IMG/VR virus record: IMGVR_UViG_3300033067_001633
Span: 1 to 48,583 of that record
Reading direction: 5' to 3' (one strand)
Length of the DNA: 48,583 nt
From: a virus
Lineage: Duplodnaviria > Caudoviricetes
Shown here piece after piece: positions 45,433 through 48,583 of this stretch. The notes below the pieces were generated by a model. The model did no database searches and had not been told where the DNA came from. It worked only from the letters and a program-made list of their open reading frames with translations. Numbering within the stretch: the first letter of the stretch is position 1; each line of letters begins with the position of its first letter. The translations under genes were made by a program, and so were the position numbers.

Positions 45433-45461
45433 ATTTTAGGTAATTATTACCTAGTTGTCAA
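45433..45461 (-). promoter_or_regulatory. Sigma70 promoter with perfect operator palindrome
   Basis: TTGACA (45461-45456), 17 nt, TAAAAT (45438-45433); TAGGTAAT-N-ATTACCTA at 45437-45453. Confidence 0.85.
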
Positions 45462-45479
45462 GCTATTTAACCAATCCAA

Positions 45480-45686
45480 TCAATCGATGTCTTTAAAAAT
45501 TTTAATGCGCTTACGCGTGCTTAAATAAATACAATAACAATACAAAACAAAAGCCATAAATAGATAATACATGCCCCATAGCCATTCCGGCGCATGCAAT
45601 CGATCAAGGAGTAGCCATAAAACAATTAATGGAGTAATTGGCTTGAACGGTAAATTACTACTGTGGATGACGGATATTTTTTTCAT
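45480..45686 (-). CDS. Small membrane protein
   Basis: NLP...WLLLDRLHAPEWLWG, two TM segments. Confidence 0.6.
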   Translation of the reverse strand: MKKISVIHSSNLPFKPITPLIVLWLLLDRLHAPEWLWGMYYLFMAFVLYCYCIYLSTRKRIKIFKDID

Positions 45687-45688
45687 AC

Positions 45689-45946
45689 TTAATTCCTGAT
45701 AATGCGATAAAACGTGGCACGGCTGATGCCGTATTTTCGACAAAGCTCTTGCTGATTTTTGCCGTTAAATTCTTGCTTGATCCGCGCTTCATGGCTGTTT
45801 TTTTTGTTGATGTAAAACGTTTCTCCACCGACTTTATGGGATAAATTGACGACCACGGCTTCGGCTAATTCTTTGGCTTGCGGGTCAATTAAGCCAAATT
45901 TGAGCATGGTTTGGTAGATTTCAAAGCGCAGTTGTTCTAGGGCCAT
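45689..45946 (-). CDS. Mor/C-family transcription activator
   Basis: GGETFYI...FNGKNQQELCRKYGISRATFYRII. Confidence 0.88.
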   Translation of the reverse strand: MALEQLRFEIYQTMLKFGLIDPQAKELAEAVVVNLSHKVGGETFYINKKNSHEARIKQEFNGKNQQELCRKYGISRATFYRIIRN

Positions 45947-45948
45947 GG

Positions 45949-47979
45949 TTAGTCTGGAATGTAGAATTTTTGCGCAGGTTTATAAGATCTGATTTCGCGC
46001 GCTGCTTCAACAGTTAAGACATTGCTGTTTTCTAATAAAGTCGCTGCCCATAACGGCGGGGAATCCCAGTTAAAGTTTTCGTCATTTAGTCGCAATCGCC
46101 AACAGGCCGCCAGAATATAGTTGCATAAATCTAATGCTTCATTACGCTCACGTATTTTTTCCCATTTTCCGTTTTCCTGACGGGTTTCAGCGCGTAATTC
46201 ATCATAGTAACTTTCGTGGATCCATTTGGGAAAATGCAAGCAAAGGCCCCCAGGAAGCGTTCTGCGCAACATGGCATCGACTTTATCTTTAAAAATATTG
46301 GTATTTAATAGATATAGAGGCACATTTTTAATCGGTCTGCCCTGATTATCCTTTCCGAAAGATTTGACAATAGGGGATTTTTCATCTCGCGAGCCGCCTT
46401 TAATTAACATAATCCTGCTAGAGAGCCCTTTGACTTGCATACGCCGGTAAAATTGATAGGCATAGTCAGTGGTATTGCCGTTTCCTCCGGTATCAATGGC
46501 TGTTAAGTGAATCAGCATTTTTCGGCCATCAGGCGTTTTGTAGCTGGCATTGAGTACTTTTTCTTCTAGTAAATCCCAGTCTTCTTTATAAACACCGGGC
46601 TCTATGCGTCTTTGCGTTCCTGCTATCTCTGTATTAGAAATGTCAAAACGATCGATTAGCCATTGCTCAAGATACGGGCCTACGGCATGGACTTCGACAA
46701 CAAAGCGCGCCGTCGCTCCGTTTTGGACGTCAACAGCAGCAATCAGTACGCGTGCGTCATTGGGTACTTTGTAACGTTCAAGATGTTCTGATCGACTGGA
46801 TAGCTGATCAGAGTCTTCAAGCTCTGCCAAATGACGCGGCAAATAGGGCGCGCCAAAGTTAACGTTGATGATGGTTTTGAGATTTTCTTCAGAGCCGGTT
46901 ATTTCATATTCTCGGTAGGCTTTGAGATATTTTTCAATCAAGTTTTCCGGATCTGCATACGCCGCAAATATGCCTGGAAACCAAAAGGATGCGATGCGGC
47001 TTTTAAGCTTTTTTCCGACCAGCTTTCCATCTGCGATGGTGCAACCTTGCGGTACCCATTTTCCGGACGCATTCATGTTGCGTTTGTGATGGGTCGCTAT
47101 TTGACACCCATTTGCCGTACAGATGTAGTAGATGCTTTGCTGTTCTGGCAATAGGGTTATGCCAAATAAATCACGGGCGTGATGGTAAGATAAGCCTTTT
47201 TCATCTGCAGGCGGTAGATAGTAACTGCCGCATTCCGGGCATTGTACATACCAGCGGCGCATATCCCCCATGTTGTAGAGTGATAGCGCGCCCCCACAGG
47301 GCGGCGCTTCGTGAGTGTAATTTTTGTTAACTTTCGGGTCGGTGATTTCAAATCCAGGTGAAGTTTCGACCAGGGTCATGCCACGGCTTAGGAATTTTGC
47401 AGTCCGTTGACTGCCCAAAGCAAAGGGTGAGCCTTCGCCATCGACGTTTTGAGTCATCCGGTCGTAATCGGTAATCAAGACGTATTTTAGCGGTTTACCG
47501 GATATTTCGTTGATCGATGGCCAACGCTGAAACAGAATGGATCCTGATTTGAATACTTTGTCATAGGTATTATCCGACTTACTTCCAGGCGCTAGTTCTT
47601 TTTTGAGTTCCGGGCTATCACGAAAGGCGCGTTTAATCACTTGGGTATCAAAGTCTCTGGCGGTTCCTTTGGTAGTCTGCATGATAAGCGCATCGGACGG
47701 ATCGCATTTGATGATGTAGGCCATGAAGTTGGTTATGAGGCCTTGCGTTTTTCCAGATTGAGCGGGGCCAACAAAGATAACCGCATCATAATCACGACTG
47801 TTGAGACAGTTCATGGGTTCTGTCATGTAGGGCGTTAAACTTTCATCCCAAGGTGATACGCCGCCCGATGCTGTTCTAACATTGACGTAACGTTTGGATG
47901 CTTCGGTTACGGTGATGCGTTCAGGGGGTCTAATCATTTTCGCAAGATCTCGACGGATGTCGATAGCCATAGAGCTCAT
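45949..47979 (-). CDS. Terminase large subunit (lambda GpA family)
   Basis: GPAQSGKT, CPEC, AAVDVQ, IDTGG, RNEALD. Confidence 0.96.
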   Translation of the reverse strand: MSSMAIDIRRDLAKMIRPPERITVTEASKRYVNVRTASGGVSPWDESLTPYMTEPMNCLNSRDYDAVIFVGPAQSGKTQGLITNFMAYIIKCDPSDALIMQTTKGTARDFDTQVIKRAFRDSPELKKELAPGSKSDNTYDKVFKSGSILFQRWPSINEISGKPLKYVLITDYDRMTQNVDGEGSPFALGSQRTAKFLSRGMTLVETSPGFEITDPKVNKNYTHEAPPCGGALSLYNMGDMRRWYVQCPECGSYYLPPADEKGLSYHHARDLFGITLLPEQQSIYYICTANGCQIATHHKRNMNASGKWVPQGCTIADGKLVGKKLKSRIASFWFPGIFAAYADPENLIEKYLKAYREYEITGSEENLKTIINVNFGAPYLPRHLAELEDSDQLSSRSEHLERYKVPNDARVLIAAVDVQNGATARFVVEVHAVGPYLEQWLIDRFDISNTEIAGTQRRIEPGVYKEDWDLLEEKVLNASYKTPDGRKMLIHLTAIDTGGNGNTTDYAYQFYRRMQVKGLSSRIMLIKGGSRDEKSPIVKSFGKDNQGRPIKNVPLYLLNTNIFKDKVDAMLRRTLPGGLCLHFPKWIHESYYDELRAETRQENGKWEKIRERNEALDLCNYILAACWRLRLNDENFNWDSPPLWAATLLENSNVLTVEAAREIRSYKPAQKFYIPD

Positions 47980-48467
47980 GGCGTTTCCTCAATGAGATTT
48001 GACCATTGTTCACGCAGGGCATCTATTTTATTTTCGATGCTGGAGATTATTTCCGGGTCAAGTTGATAATCACGTTCAAGTATATCGGGAAGCGTTTCAA
48101 GTACCTGTAATCCAGTTTTGGCAATGATGGCCATTTGTTCACGAGAGTCATCAGCATGGATCGCTGTACCTGATTCACGTTCGAATTTTAAACGATCATT
48201 CTCAGCTCTATACCAGTCTGATCGCTCTTTCGGGGTCATTTTGTCAGGGTCATTTATGAATGCACCATTAGGCGCTGTTGGCAATAAAATTGCCTTCGCC
48301 GCTTGTCCTACACTATAAACAGAAAAACCTCTGCGCTCTCCTGCCGGGTTGATGTTTGCATCGCGTAAACGCTTTTGCACCGTTTCTCTGGCTATCCCAA
48401 ATTCACGGGCAAGCTGATTCAAAGACCAGTTAAACCATTCATTTTGCGATACAACTTCAGCAACCAT
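47976..48467 (-). CDS. Terminase small subunit (DUF1441/Nu1-like)
   Basis: HTH WSLNQLAREFGIARETV, DPDKMTPKERSDWY, LETLPDILERD. Confidence 0.92.
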   Translation of the reverse strand: MVAEVVSQNEWFNWSLNQLAREFGIARETVQKRLRDANINPAGERRGFSVYSVGQAAKAILLPTAPNGAFINDPDKMTPKERSDWYRAENDRLKFERESGTAIHADDSREQMAIIAKTGLQVLETLPDILERDYQLDPEIISSIENKIDALREQWSNLIEETP

Positions 48468-48567
48468 ACTAAAAACAAATATCCTAAATATTAATTAAAT
48501 ATCATTAACTTACTATTAAATTAAAAATATATGTTGAGACCATAAGAACCAAAAAACTCAAAAAAAT

Positions 48568-48583
48568 CGGGGTTCGAATTACC
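48568..48583 (-). other. Putative cohesive end (cosN) at the contig terminus
   Basis: Minus strand begins GGTAATTCGAACCCCG, identical to 199-184, upstream of terS. Confidence 0.7.

Overview
Near-complete ~48 kb temperate, lambda-like siphophage genome. The host is probably a gammaproteobacterium; the REP style hints at Methylococcales (low confidence). Read on the minus strand from the right end it runs: cos-like end, TerS (DUF1441), TerL (GpA), Mor activator, and an autoregulated PAPS-reductase/GNAT/ParB (IbrAB-like) moron. The whole head-tail module (17994-41996) lies in the opposite orientation. Then come a DusA-associated-type tyrosine integrase with an intact attP carrying a replacement dusA 5' end, PrtN, the PL early operon, the cI/cro switch, spanins, SSB, helicase, primase-helicase, iteron origin and cosQ/cosN. 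Main findings: (1) the 24 kb structural module is bounded by a perfect 20-bp inverted repeat lying inside the integrase gene, so the catalytic His/Tyr tail is stranded 24 kb away and flipping the segment rebuilds the enzyme and canonical gene order; (2) a four-cassette attC array (CALIN) in the early operon whose ORFs all point opposite to the attC polarity; (3) REP/REPIN-like hairpins at both inversion ends; (4) lysis genes scattered over three loci. The contig also shows artefact signs (an exact 55-bp chimeric start, homopolymer frameshifts), so the rearrangements need read-level confirmation.
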